Shown piece after piece: positions 1 through 8,614 of a stretch of DNA of 64,000 nucleotides. The translations under genes and the position numbers were made by a program. Numbering within the stretch: the first letter of the stretch is position 1; the number at the start of each line of letters is the position of its first letter. This stretch comes from Escherichia phage vB_EcoM-E33: sequence record OL780484.1. One strand, 5' to 3'. The notes under the pieces are model-generated. The model saw only the letters and a list, made by a program, of their open reading frames with translations. It did not search any database and was not told the origin of the DNA.

Positions 1-33
1 TTTACCCTGAAGACATCTGATTTAACAGGCGAA

Positions 34-510
34 ATGAAGGTCAAGATTAAGGATACCGTATTGTATTCCTTAAGCCAAGACCCGTCCCAAGATAAGAAAG
101 AAGTATTGACTCGGTGTGTCATTGCAACGTATGCCGAGTACATGGTTGCTGATTGGTTGAAAGGATATGTTAACAGTGGTCTGGAAGACCATGACGACCC
201 TTATACCTATGCATGGGATGTTTTAGCTCATCCTATGTATTGTGGACTACGTGTAGAGGTCAAGACCCATCAGTCGGATTCTAAGTGGATTTCCTGCACT
301 ACAGGATACTCCGGTGACTTCCCTTATGGAACAGGGATTAACCTGGGCCCGCTCTTGAATCATAAAGTTGCAGATTGTATAATTATATTCGACACTTCGG
401 TAAATGAGGCAGGCGATGTCCTGTTCACTCCTAAGTTCTCTGGTGACAGAGAAGCCATCACAAAGCTAGTCCGTAAGAGCAATTACAACGGCTGGTATCT
501 CGCCTTATAA
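34..510 (+). CDS. hypothetical protein, 158 aa, in the denB/ndd.x slot upstream of ndd
   Basis: ORF track; position only; no motif recognised. Confidence 0.5.
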   Translation: MKVKIKDTVLYSLSQDPSQDKKEVLTRCVIATYAEYMVADWLKGYVNSGLEDHDDPYTYAWDVLAHPMYCGLRVEVKTHQSDSKWISCTTGYSGDFPYGTGINLGPLLNHKVADCIIIFDTSVNEAGDVLFTPKFSGDREAITKLVRKSNYNGWYLAL

Positions 511-525
511 ATTTTTTAAATAAGT

Positions 526-555
526 GTTTACATACACCAAGGATGGTGTTACTAT
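526..555 (+). promoter_or_regulatory. T4-type early promoter (GTTTACA -35, 17 nt spacer, TACTAT -10), spacer has inverted repeat acacca/tggtgt
   Basis: motif read directly from sequence. Confidence 0.5.
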
Positions 556-583
556 CTTCCTATCAACTTGAGAGGAAAACAAA

Positions 584-841
584 ATGAAATTCTATTACGC
601 CAAACATAAAATTACCCGTGAGTTTGTATCGTTTTCAACCTTTTCAGATGAAGAAGACTTTTGCATCACTGGTCTGGATTTATCTAAATATGAAACCGAC
701 CAGCCTTATTTGACCACTCATGACGAGATTCAACGTTTGGTGAACGGTGAGCTAAATAATTCTTACTGCACTCAAATTTACCCTGCTTTGAAAAAAGCTA
801 TCAATGCTAATCAGATTGAAATCATTGAGGTGGAATTGTGA
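584..841 (+). CDS. hypothetical small protein, 85 aa; paralog of the next ORF
   Basis: ORF track; shares YYAKHK-T N-terminus and IEI-EV C-terminus with ORF 838..1104. Confidence 0.55.
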   Translation: MKFYYAKHKITREFVSFSTFSDEEDFCITGLDLSKYETDQPYLTTHDEIQRLVNGELNNSYCTQIYPALKKAINANQIEIIEVEL

Positions 842-1104
842 ATATCAAATTATATTACGCTAAACACAAAGTTACGGGTACGGTTGTTGCCGCCATGTAT
901 GACGCGTCAGGTGAAGGTGATGATGTTACTACAGAGTTATCTCTTTCTGATTGTAAATTTCTCCGTCCCTTAATCGCATCAAAGGAAGATTTAGAAAAGC
1001 TTATTGATGGAAAACTGGATAATGTTGACGGCATAGATATTCTTTATGACCTCCGCACGGCATTGTACAGGGGATTGATTGAGATAAAAGAGGTGGTGTT
1101 TTGA
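838..1104 (+). CDS. hypothetical small protein, 88 aa; paralog of the previous ORF
   Basis: ORF track; ATGA start/stop overlap with upstream ORF. Confidence 0.55.
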   Translation: MNIKLYYAKHKVTGTVVAAMYDASGEGDDVTTELSLSDCKFLRPLIASKEDLEKLIDGKLDNVDGIDILYDLRTALYRGLIEIKEVVF

Positions 1105-1194
1105 GTAGCAAAACGTGGTGCCTTATTTGGATGGCCTGTATCCCAGTGATTTGCGTGTGTTTTAGTTTATTGTTGTGGAAATTGGCATAAATCA

Positions 1195-1223
1195 GTATAC
1201 ATCTCCATTAATCATGATATTAT
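1195..1223 (+). promoter_or_regulatory. T4-type early promoter (GTATACA -35, TATTAT -10) followed by conserved TATAGACCTATCAACTAATGGAG initial transcribed region
   Basis: motif read from sequence. Confidence 0.45.
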
Positions 1224-1249
1224 AGACCTATCAACTAATGGAGATGATT

Positions 1250-1360
1250 ATGAAAAACTTACTTAAAGCAATTTGGAACATGTTTGTGTTGTTAATGGTA
1301 TTGAGCATTTTCCCAATCGTTTTTATGATTGACCATGTACGTGTATTCTTTAACTTCTGA
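1250..1360 (+). CDS. hydrophobic micro-protein, 36 aa
   Basis: ATG 9 nt after GGAG; sequence MKNLLKAIWNMFVLLMVLSIFPIVFMIDHVRVFFNF; below the ORF-track size cutoff. Confidence 0.3.
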   Translation: MKNLLKAIWNMFVLLMVLSIFPIVFMIDHVRVFFNF

Positions 1361-1370
1361 GGAAAATATT

Positions 1371-1583
1371 ATGAAACTTTTTAAAGATGTGGTAGTCGGC
1401 GAGAGCTTTGTATTGCATAATGGCCAACAACTGATTCGCATTTCTCCTTTGCAAGTTGGGACCGAATTACAACCTGTTAATGCTACAGACCTTTATGATT
1501 CAACTAAGCGTTTTTGTGTAGGCCCTAGTGTGCAATGCCTTACTGTTGATGAGTTGATGGCTATTTCTGTTGACGCTGAATAA
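1371..1583 (+). CDS. hypothetical protein, 70 aa
   Basis: ORF track, start moved to ATG preceded by GAGGAAAATATT RBS. Confidence 0.5.
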   Translation: MKLFKDVVVGESFVLHNGQQLIRISPLQVGTELQPVNATDLYDSTKRFCVGPSVQCLTVDELMAISVDAE

Positions 1584-1593
1584 GGAAAATATT

Positions 1594-1938
1594 ATGTCTA
1601 AATTATTTTTTGGTAATCGCAACATTATGTTCTTTGAGCAACTCAGTCTTAAAGAGGCATTGAAGGCCTTCAATCAAGAACTGGTTACTGGGCTAGATTC
1701 AAAAACTATGGCAAGTGCGGATTTCGTTTTCGTTCAAGACCCGGATACAGGTTTTTATCGATTCATCAAATTCCGTATGAGCATGGACCCTGACTATCGT
1801 AGTGCTTACTACGTGAGTTATGAAAACGTTATCAAAGAATTACGTGATACCTATGGACGCGCTTTGAACCCACTGAACAAGGTTTATAATGCTTCTTTTT
1901 ATACGAGCGGATTTATTTTAGAACAGCTACAAAAATAG
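1594..1938 (+). CDS. hypothetical protein, 114 aa
   Basis: ORF track, start moved to ATG preceded by AAGGAAAATATT RBS. Confidence 0.5.
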   Translation: MSKLFFGNRNIMFFEQLSLKEALKAFNQELVTGLDSKTMASADFVFVQDPDTGFYRFIKFRMSMDPDYRSAYYVSYENVIKELRDTYGRALNPLNKVYNASFYTSGFILEQLQK

Positions 1939-1966
1939 TTTACAACCTCGAGAATCATGTTATAAT
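1938..1966 (+). promoter_or_regulatory. T4-type early promoter upstream of ndd (GTTTACA, 16 nt spacer, TATAAT)
   Basis: motif read from sequence. Confidence 0.55.
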
Positions 1967-2015
1967 GGTTCTCGTTGACTGGATAACAAAACATTAATCT
2001 ACTGAGGAAATTGAT

Positions 2016-2465
2016 ATGAATACTTATATGACTCGCCGTAACGTTCTGTCTGCTGGTGCTACTACTGTTGCTTATGTTAAGAACGGTGAATACCAAAATG
2101 GCAAACCTTCTAAAGAAATCTCTGCTCAGCCAGGCTTCTACTTCTTTGTTAAAGGTGAAGCGGATTCTCGTGTCGTAGCTGCACGCTTTTATGTCGGTAA
2201 TCAACGTTCGGCTCAAGGTCTCGATGGTATCGTGGCTAACATTCGTAAGAAACGTTCTCAATCAGCCCGCACTATGGCAGTGAACGGTGTTGTGTATGAA
2301 GTTCTTTATGTACCAGCTTCTAAGATGAAACCTCTGACTACAGGTTTTGGTAAGGGTCAAATTGCAATGGCTTTCACTCGTAATCATAGTTCCGACCTCC
2401 AGACACTGGAAGAAATGAACCGTATGTTGGCTGATAACTTTAAATTCATCCTGCAGGCTTACTAA
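2016..2465 (+). CDS. ndd: Ndd nucleoid disruption protein
   Basis: 149 aa; strong remembered similarity to T4 Ndd, including the C-terminal [17 protein letters not shown] and [17 protein letters not shown]. Confidence 0.85.
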
Positions 2466-2542
2466 TGAGTAATTTCCATAACGAGCATGTGATGCAGTTC
2501 TATCGTAACAATCTTAAAACTAAAGGCGTCTTCGGACGCTAA
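2465..2542 (+). CDS. stp: Stp peptide (25 aa), activator of the host PrrC anticodon nuclease in T4
   Basis: translation [25 protein letters not shown] matches remembered T4 Stp; start overlaps ndd stop (TAATG). Confidence 0.8.
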
Positions 2543-2552
2543 TGAGGAAAAT

Positions 2553-2714
2553 ATGGTTATCCTAGTTTTTATTGAACTTATTATGGCTATAGTCTGTTCA
2601 GTTTGCTTCTTTTTAGGAGTGTGGGCCCCTGGTCCGATATTCTTAAGTTTTCTGCTTATTGGTTGGGTTCTTTCTACTTTTGTCGGTTTACTTAAGACGA
2701 TTAAAAATGATTAA
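2553..2714 (+). CDS. ac: small membrane protein, 53 aa, in the position of T4 ac
   Basis: hydrophobic 53-aa ORF after GAGGAAAATATGG; synteny stp-ac-52.1-52. Confidence 0.45.
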   Translation: MVILVFIELIMAIVCSVCFFLGVWAPGPIFLSFLLIGWVLSTFVGLLKTIKND

Positions 2715-2847
2715 TAAAATCCTGGGCTACTCGTTAGCCCTTGCTGCTTTATTAGTAGCGCTGTATTACGGAGTAATGTTCGGACTTATCCAAGTTGTGC
2801 TTTTTATTTCCGATGTTATTATGGCTATTCATTCACTAGTATGGTAA
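2707..2847 (+). CDS. small hydrophobic protein, 46 aa, in the position of T4 52.1
   Basis: internal ATG of ORF 2659..2847; size and position match T4 52.1. Confidence 0.4.
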   Translation: MINKILGYSLALAALLVALYYGVMFGLIQVVLFISDVIMAIHSLVW

Positions 2848-2851
2848 AATT

Positions 2852-4231
2852 ATGGCTGATGTAATTGATACCCTTTTTAAACAGGCTTTAGATGTTTACG
2901 ATGATTCTTTCACTCGTCGTGACTTAAAAAGTATTATCGACAACGAAGCATTGGCTTATGCAATGTATACTGTCGAAAACCGAGCCATTCCAAATATGAT
3001 TGATGGCTTTAAACCTGTACAACGTTTTGTAGTGGCTCGTTGTCTTGATATGGCTCGTGGTAATAAAGAAAAATTCCACAAACTGGCTTCTATCGCTGGT
3101 GGTGTAGCCGACCTCGGATATCACCACGGTGAAGGTTCTGCTCAGGAAGCAGGGGCTTTGATGGCTAACACATGGAACAACAACTATCCATTGTTAGACG
3201 GTCAAGGTAACTTCGGTTCTCGATTGGTTCAAAAGGCTGCAGCCTCTCGTTATATTTTTGCTCGTATCGGAAGTAACTTTGCAAAAGTTTATAAGGACAC
3301 AGAATATGCTCCGGTTCATGCGGATGTCGAACATAAGCCACCGGCTTTTTATCTGCCTATTATTCCTACTGTTCTTCTTAATGGCGTTTCCGGTATTGCA
3401 ACTGGTTATGCAACTAATATTCTTCCTCATAGTTTTGATTCTGTTAAGAAAGCTGTACTGCAAGTTCTTCAGGAAAAACGAGTAACCAAACCCAAAGTGG
3501 CTTATCCTGAATTCCGTGGTGAAGTTGTTGAGATTGAACCTGGTAGTTATGAGATTCGTGGAACGTATAAGTTCACATCTCGAACCCAAATGCATATCAC
3601 GGAAATCCCATACAAATACGACCGTGAAACATATGTGGCTAAGGTATTAGACCCTCTGGAAGACAAAGGGTATATCACATATGATGATGACTGTGACGAG
3701 AACGGTTTTGGCTTCAAGGTTAAGATTCGTAAAGAATACGAATTGCCTACTGATGAAAACAAGAAGCATGAAAAAATCATGAAGGACTTCGGGTTAATCG
3801 AACGTCGTTCACAAAACCTGACTGTCATTAATGAAAAAGGTAAACTTAAGGTTTACGAAGATGCAGTTGAACTGATTCGTGATTTCGTTGAGGTCCGTAA
3901 GACCTTTGTACAGAAACGTATTGATGGTAAAATCATCGAAACTGAAGAAGCTTTCAAACTGGCATTGGCTAAAGCCACATTTATCAAAGATGTTATTGAT
4001 GGTGTAGTGGTTATCCAAGGTAAGACCCGTAAGGTTTTAACCGAAGAATTGACCGGTAATAAAGTCTATGGCGAATATGCCGATAAACTAGTGGCCATGA
4101 ACATTTTCCATATCACTTCTGACGAAGCCAAGAAACTGGCCCTCGAAGCCAAGGCTAAGAAAGAAGAGCATCAATATTGGAAAACCACTGATGTTGTAAC
4201 TGAGTATGTTAAAGATTTGGAGGCTCTATGA
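2852..4231 (+). CDS. 52: DNA topoisomerase II medium subunit gp52
   Basis: 459 aa; long collinear similarity to remembered T4 gp52 (RDLKSIIDNEALAYAMYTVENRAIPNMIDGFKPVQRF). Confidence 0.9.
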   Translation: MADVIDTLFKQALDVYDDSFTRRDLKSIIDNEALAYAMYTVENRAIPNMIDGFKPVQRFVVARCLDMARGNKEKFHKLASIAGGVADLGYHHGEGSAQEAGALMANTWNNNYPLLDGQGNFGSRLVQKAAASRYIFARIGSNFAKVYKDTEYAPVHADVEHKPPAFYLPIIPTVLLNGVSGIATGYATNILPHSFDSVKKAVLQVLQEKRVTKPKVAYPEFRGEVVEIEPGSYEIRGTYKFTSRTQMHITEIPYKYDRETYVAKVLDPLEDKGYITYDDDCDENGFGFKVKIRKEYELPTDENKKHEKIMKDFGLIERRSQNLTVINEKGKLKVYEDAVELIRDFVEVRKTFVQKRIDGKIIETEEAFKLALAKATFIKDVIDGVVVIQGKTRKVLTEELTGNKVYGEYADKLVAMNIFHITSDEAKKLALEAKAKKEEHQYWKTTDVVTEYVKDLEAL

Positions 4232-4332
4232 GCCTTGGAGTCGAGTTCTTGTTACTCTGTATCTTTGCTGTTATCCTAGGCCTGGCGACAGGCTTAGCTA
4301 TAGGTTTAATAGCAGCCCACTTTAAAAAGTAA
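4228..4332 (+). CDS. hydrophobic micro-protein, 34 aa, overlapping the gp52 stop (ATGA)
   Basis: translation MSLGVEFLLLCIFAVILGLATGLAIGLIAAHFKK; directly followed by a terminator. Confidence 0.3.
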   Translation: MSLGVEFLLLCIFAVILGLATGLAIGLIAAHFKK

Positions 4333-4356
4333 GGAACCTTCGGGTTCCTTTTTTGG
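4332..4356 (+). terminator. intrinsic terminator, stem aggaacc/ggttcct with UUCG loop and T-run
   Basis: hairpin plus TTTTTT read from sequence. Confidence 0.6.
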
Positions 4357-4373
4357 GTTTAGTGCAAAAAAGT

Positions 4374-4403
4374 GTTTACATCTGCTTTAAACATGATACT
4401 ATA
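4374..4403 (+). promoter_or_regulatory. T4-type early promoter upstream of motA
   Basis: GTTTACA, spacer, GATACTATAG. Confidence 0.55.
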
Positions 4404-4440
4404 GACCTATCAAATAAATGAACTGAAACGGAGATACAAA

Positions 4441-5073
4441 ATGTCTAAAATTACTTATATCATCAAAGCTTCTGAAGACGTCCTGAATGAAAAAACTGCT
4501 TCGATCTTAGTACATATCATCAAGCATAACTTCATCACTTCAGGCGAAGTCCGTGAAGCCCTGAGTGAGCATTTTAGTGCTGCGGTAGTTAACTCTAACA
4601 TCGGTGTATTGATTAAGAAAGGATTCATCGAAAAATCTGGTGACGGTTTAGTGGCTACAGGTGAAGCAATGGACCTAGTTCAAAAAGCCGCCGACCTGTT
4701 CGCTTCTGAAAATGCTCCAGAGATGTTGGAAAAACGTAAAACACGTAGCTCACGTGGTGTTACTCCTGAAATGGTAACCATGGCCGATGAAGTTAAAGCT
4801 TTATTAGAAGATCGTATCGAGATTCGTGAAATTGCTGAAAACCGTAGCAACCTTGAAGTTCGATTCGCCAAACGTACCAATGGTATTCGTCAAATTGAAG
4901 TCCGTCGTGACGGAATGATGCGTATCTTCGGTTATAATATGACTGATAAAGAAAAACAAGTGTTTACTTCCTTGAATCTTGATGTTAAGATTAAGACTGG
5001 TGGTAAGAATACTTATATCGACTTCCAAAATGTATCATCTGAAGTTATCAAAACCGTAACCAACGCAATTTAA
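4441..5073 (+). CDS. motA: MotA middle-transcription activator
   Basis: 210 aa; N-terminus MSKITYIIKASEDVLNEKTASILVHI and NSNIGVLIKKGFIEKSGDGL match remembered T4 MotA. Confidence 0.9.
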   Translation: MSKITYIIKASEDVLNEKTASILVHIIKHNFITSGEVREALSEHFSAAVVNSNIGVLIKKGFIEKSGDGLVATGEAMDLVQKAADLFASENAPEMLEKRKTRSSRGVTPEMVTMADEVKALLEDRIEIREIAENRSNLEVRFAKRTNGIRQIEVRRDGMMRIFGYNMTDKEKQVFTSLNLDVKIKTGGKNTYIDFQNVSSEVIKTVTNAI

Positions 5074-5091
5074 CTGACTGAGGAAATTATT

Positions 5092-5421
5092 ATGAACAAG
5101 CTTAATATTGTTAATGAACTTCGTCGTTGTGCAGAACCTACTCAAGAAGGTTGGGACATTTGGTACCACGGTGCTTATCTCGGCACTATTGTTAAGATTA
5201 AAGCAGGTAAATACTTAATCATCCGTGGTGGTTCTGAAGCTTCTATGGGAATTCGCAAAAACTTTATGGCAGCAATCAGCACCTTTGTTCCGGCGGCCTA
5301 CGAAGTTTATAAAGCGGACTACAAAGAATACCAGGAATCACAGCCGGTTATTCGTTCAATTGGTGTTAATAAAGCTCAACAGAAAACTTTATGGCAACGT
5401 GTTAAAGGATGGTTCAAATGA
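5092..5421 (+). CDS. hypothetical protein, 109 aa
   Basis: ORF track; RBS GAGGAAATTATT. Confidence 0.5.
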   Translation: MNKLNIVNELRRCAEPTQEGWDIWYHGAYLGTIVKIKAGKYLIIRGGSEASMGIRKNFMAAISTFVPAAYEVYKADYKEYQESQPVIRSIGVNKAQQKTLWQRVKGWFK

Positions 5422-5756
5422 TTCCGATGGAACTTGACTGGGACGGCGAAGGCCATTCCCTTAAATTAATCGAAGAGCAGCGTAATGATTGGGACGAGCG
5501 TGTAGCTCTGGTAAACGGTATTAAGAAAATTTATCAACTCAATCTCCAGATTGATAACGTTCATCTTGAATTTGGTATGCAGTTATTACGATTTCTTGAG
5601 ATTATTTTTATTGAAAAGGTAAATATAACTTCGTATGGCGAGGGCCAAACAGTTGATATTAAATTATCATCCTATTATAAAGGTGATTTAATTGAAACTG
5701 CCACCAAAATTCAAGAATTTGCTAAAGATAATGGCCATAAGGTGATTTTCAAATGA
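5409..5756 (+). CDS. hypothetical protein, 115 aa
   Basis: ORF track; overlaps neighbours. Confidence 0.5.
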   Translation: MVQMIPMELDWDGEGHSLKLIEEQRNDWDERVALVNGIKKIYQLNLQIDNVHLEFGMQLLRFLEIIFIEKVNITSYGEGQTVDIKLSSYYKGDLIETATKIQEFAKDNGHKVIFK

Positions 5757-6241
5757 ACCCATTAAAAGGTAAAGAATTATCCTTTAAAGACCGTATGGCC
5801 TTGTTGGATAAAGCTCTTTCTCGCGAGACTCCTGAAAGTCTAGCAGCTAAATTACAGGCCTATGGTGATTACACCGAATATACAGAAGAGGATGTTTTAG
5901 AAGAGGTTCCTGAAATCTGTTGGCAAGTGGCCCATTGGTGTGAAGACCAAAAATTCCAGCGTCGAATTGTGTGTGCTGCAAACCGTTTTAAGTTAAAAGA
6001 TGGTGGAACTCTGGTTATTCCTGCGACACGTCATTACTCTAAAGATATGGGTGCGGTTATCAAGGCAGTTGAAGATAAATTGGTAACACGATTTGTCTGT
6101 GATGATGACCAAGGCTTTGTCGACCAATATGGTAATTATTGGACTCGTGAAGAAGCAATGATAATTGCAACATATGCTAATCAGGTTCGTATTGAACGTG
6201 GTGGTAGTGAAAAAGAACTTTACTCTGAGGACCTTTACTAA
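5753..6241 (+). CDS. hypothetical protein, 162 aa
   Basis: ORF track. Confidence 0.5.
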   Translation: MNPLKGKELSFKDRMALLDKALSRETPESLAAKLQAYGDYTEYTEEDVLEEVPEICWQVAHWCEDQKFQRRIVCAANRFKLKDGGTLVIPATRHYSKDMGAVIKAVEDKLVTRFVCDDDQGFVDQYGNYWTREEAMIIATYANQVRIERGGSEKELYSEDLY

Positions 6242-6522
6242 TGAATCTTAAACAACTTCAAATCGATGCAATCGAAACCCATATTAATCATGTTAAACGA
6301 CTGAATGTCATGCTGGAAGACAACTGGGGAACTTATGTCAACCAACCGGCTTGGGATGCTTTAGACCACGAATATATAAAGAATATTAGTTCTAAGACAA
6401 TCCACGGGAATATGGAAGGTTTGAAGCCGTTCCTACGTGATATGTATATTGCAACTAATAAAGAAATTATCAGCTCTCTTGAATATCAATTAAGGAAATT
6501 ACGTGAACAATCTGGTAGCTAA
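6241..6522 (+). CDS. hypothetical protein, 93 aa, in the arn/arn.x cluster position
   Basis: ORF track; size and position near asiA; Arn identity not verifiable from memory. Confidence 0.45.
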   Translation: MNLKQLQIDAIETHINHVKRLNVMLEDNWGTYVNQPAWDALDHEYIKNISSKTIHGNMEGLKPFLRDMYIATNKEIISSLEYQLRKLREQSGS

Positions 6523-6611
6523 GCACGATTTCAATAAGGCTTCTGTCCATAAGGACAAGAAGAAAAATCTTAAAGAGTCTAAACGTAAACAGAAACATAA
6601 GGGTAAAGGCT

Positions 6612-6770
6612 ATGAGTCATAACTTAGAGAATACCGTAACAGGCATGCGTACGCGTGAGCAGGAGTGCTTTGAGGAATTCCTGGGAGCTGATTTTAAGTT
6701 CCAGGAACCAATAGAAGAGATGTATCAGGAATATGTTAAAAAGAACGAAGAACATGTTTACAATCCCTAA
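6612..6770 (+). CDS. small acidic protein, 52 aa
   Basis: ATG after AAGGCT; below the ORF-track cutoff. Confidence 0.3.
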   Translation: MSHNLENTVTGMRTREQECFEEFLGADFKFQEPIEEMYQEYVKKNEEHVYNP

Positions 6771-6784
6771 GGATATGTTAGTAT
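6756..6784 (+). promoter_or_regulatory. T4-type early promoter upstream of asiA
   Basis: GTTTACA, 16 nt spacer, TAGTAT. Confidence 0.45.
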
Positions 6785-6825
6785 AGCCCTATCAGATAAT
6801 GACGTACTGAATTGAAGAGAATATT

Positions 6826-7101
6826 ATGACTAAAATTGAAATTGTTTCCGAAATTGCTACTATTGTTTCCATTTTGATTAAAACGGATTGTGAAGACATC
6901 ATGCAACGTCGTGATGAGTTTATTGCCTTTTTGAATGAGTTGGGTATTCGTAATGAACATGGAAAGGAACTTAATGGTTTGTCTTATAACAAATTATTTA
7001 AGTCATTAACTGAAGATGAACGTGACACTCTTATTGAGCAATTTAATGAAGGGTATGAAGATATACACCGTTACTTAATGATGTATACCTCCAATTTCTA
7101 A
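6826..7101 (+). CDS. asiA: AsiA anti-sigma70 factor
   Basis: 91 aa; similarity to remembered T4 AsiA (ASILIK, FIAFLNE-G, LI-EFNEG-E, YRYL-MYT). Confidence 0.85.
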   Translation: MTKIEIVSEIATIVSILIKTDCEDIMQRRDEFIAFLNELGIRNEHGKELNGLSYNKLFKSLTEDERDTLIEQFNEGYEDIHRYLMMYTSNF

Positions 7102-7751
7102 CGTGTTCGACCTAATGTCCTCCCAGCCTGACCGCACATAGACGAAAGTCTAGGAAATCCTAAATCCGGTTTGATATCATACCAGTACAACGATATCGAG
7201 CCGGCGTAGACGTTATCCAAATTAAAAAACGGGCACGAAAACATATACGTGAATTGTGTTTTCTTCTTTGTAGGAAGGAACACAGTTTCGGTACTTGATT
7301 CAAAATAGTTCCCGTTAACTCCCGCCATATATTCTACTGACGTTTTGTCAATTGGAAACCCTCCCGTGTTTTTTGCGTCTACCGTTTCCGGTAATTTACC
7401 CTCGTAAGCCACCATATCCACAAAATAATTCATGTTGGTCGGTCTAAAAGAATATATTGCTGTGAAGTCTGCGCCTGAAGAAGAATGCACTATTCGGAGC
7501 TGCTCGATAGCCGCAATTTTAAATCTATTGTCCTGGTCTTGTCTAATCATTTCAGTATAAGAGGCATAAGTAGTCTCTTTATAAAAGTTTAGAATATACT
7601 CGCCTTTATACCAAACCAATGCCATAAAGAACAATAATATTACGACTAGGACCCGGGAAAAAACTACTTTCCCGGAAGAAGTATCTTTAAAAATTCTATC
7701 AAGAAGTCCAAAAAGTAGGTCTGATAATGATATTCCTACTTTTGGTTCCAT
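7098..7751 (-). CDS. t: holin T
   Basis: 217 aa; collinear similarity to remembered T4 holin t (DLLFG-LDR-FKD, VVILLF-MA-VWY, YSFRP-N-NYFVD-AYEGKLP). Confidence 0.9.
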   Translation of the reverse strand: MEPKVGISLSDLLFGLLDRIFKDTSSGKVVFSRVLVVILLFFMALVWYKGEYILNFYKETTYASYTEMIRQDQDNRFKIAAIEQLRIVHSSSGADFTAIYSFRPTNMNYFVDMVAYEGKLPETVDAKNTGGFPIDKTSVEYMAGVNGNYFESSTETVFLPTKKKTQFTYMFSCPFFNLDNVYAGSISLYWYDIKPDLGFPRLSSMCGQAGRTLGRTR

Positions 7752-7769
7752 ACTTTTCTCCTTTAAAGA

Positions 7770-7777
7770 TATTTATA
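7770..7777 (-). promoter_or_regulatory. T4 late promoter TATAAATA for gene t
   Basis: plus-strand TATTTATA about 19 nt upstream of the t start codon. Confidence 0.6.
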
Positions 7778-7788
7778 GAGCTTATGCA

Positions 7789-8583
7789 CTATAGCCAGGA
7801 ACCGTAGATAACACCTGTATTATGCCAAGTAGGAGAACTTCCAGCAACAGCAGCTCCTGCGCCGCCGCCAGCGCCGACTTTTAGAACTTTACCACCATCA
7901 TTCCATGCGTTCTGGCCTGCGGCGCCAGCATCACCGCCATGACCTGAGTGGGCGTTACCATAATTGTATCCACCGCCAGGGCTTTCATAAGAAGCACCAC
8001 CGCCAGAGTATCCACCGCCGCCACCAGGGCCAAATGGACGTCCACCACCACCACCGATATCTTGCCAGTTAGCACCTGAGTGAGGACGATACGCAATGCC
8101 GCCACCGCCGCCGCCACCGCCACAGATAACCCCACCATTATTAATTCTTAAACGACCACCAATATCATTTACAATACAAGTTCCACCCCATTGGCCGTTG
8201 CCATCGCCACCCGAGTGGGTCCAACCACCTTGACCACCTCGGCCCCATATATGAACCCCACCACCAATATTCAATTGAACATATTCGTTTGGAGTATCCC
8301 CATACATAAAGAACAATGGAACATCACGGGTATAAGATACTAATGTACCTGTAAGATTAAACACAATAGGCGCACTACCAGCTTCAAAGCAACGGTCGCG
8401 GAACCACTGCCCATTAAAGTTATGGTCCCCACCTAAAGTATGAATAACTTCAACAGACCGGCCGTTCATATTACTCATCCAAAATGGGACACCCATTCTT
8501 AATCTTACAGCGGCTCCTGCCATCCAAGGGTCTCCTGTCTGCGCCCTTGCAGAAGTTCCTATCCACGGTCCTGCTACTGCCAT
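7789..8583 (-). CDS. 38: gp38 receptor-binding adhesin, T2-type with glycine-rich motifs
   Basis: 264 aa from the internal ATG preceded by GGAGG; poly-Gly blocks ([22 protein letters not shown]) separated by variable segments. Confidence 0.8.
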   Translation of the reverse strand: MAVAGPWIGTSARAQTGDPWMAGAAVRLRMGVPFWMSNMNGRSVEVIHTLGGDHNFNGQWFRDRCFEAGSAPIVFNLTGTLVSYTRDVPLFFMYGDTPNEYVQLNIGGGVHIWGRGGQGGWTHSGGDGNGQWGGTCIVNDIGGRLRINNGGVICGGGGGGGGIAYRPHSGANWQDIGGGGGRPFGPGGGGGYSGGGASYESPGGGYNYGNAHSGHGGDAGAAGQNAWNDGGKVLKVGAGGGAGAAVAGSSPTWHNTGVIYGSWL

Positions 8584-8614
8584 ATAAACCTCCAAGGGGC
8601 CGAAGCCCCTCTTA

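Noticed and set aside
2520-2542. ggcgtc-UUCG-gacgc hairpin as a terminator
   Set aside because: It lies within the stp coding sequence (residues GVFGR) and lacks a following U-tract; probably a coincidence of codon choice.
7881-8138. ORFs on the opposite strand or in alternate frames inside large genes (for example 7881..8138 and 8484..8732 in gp38, 3194..3595 and 3809..4018 in gp52, 49871..50698 in gp29, 45005..45469 in alt3)
   Set aside because: They lie entirely within well-supported genes, have no RBS or promoter context, and are typical frame artefacts.
7900-8200. GGN-rich repetitive DNA as a possible simple repeat or CRISPR-like array
   Set aside because: It is the coding sequence for the glycine-rich motifs of gp38; there are no regular spacers or direct repeats of CRISPR type.
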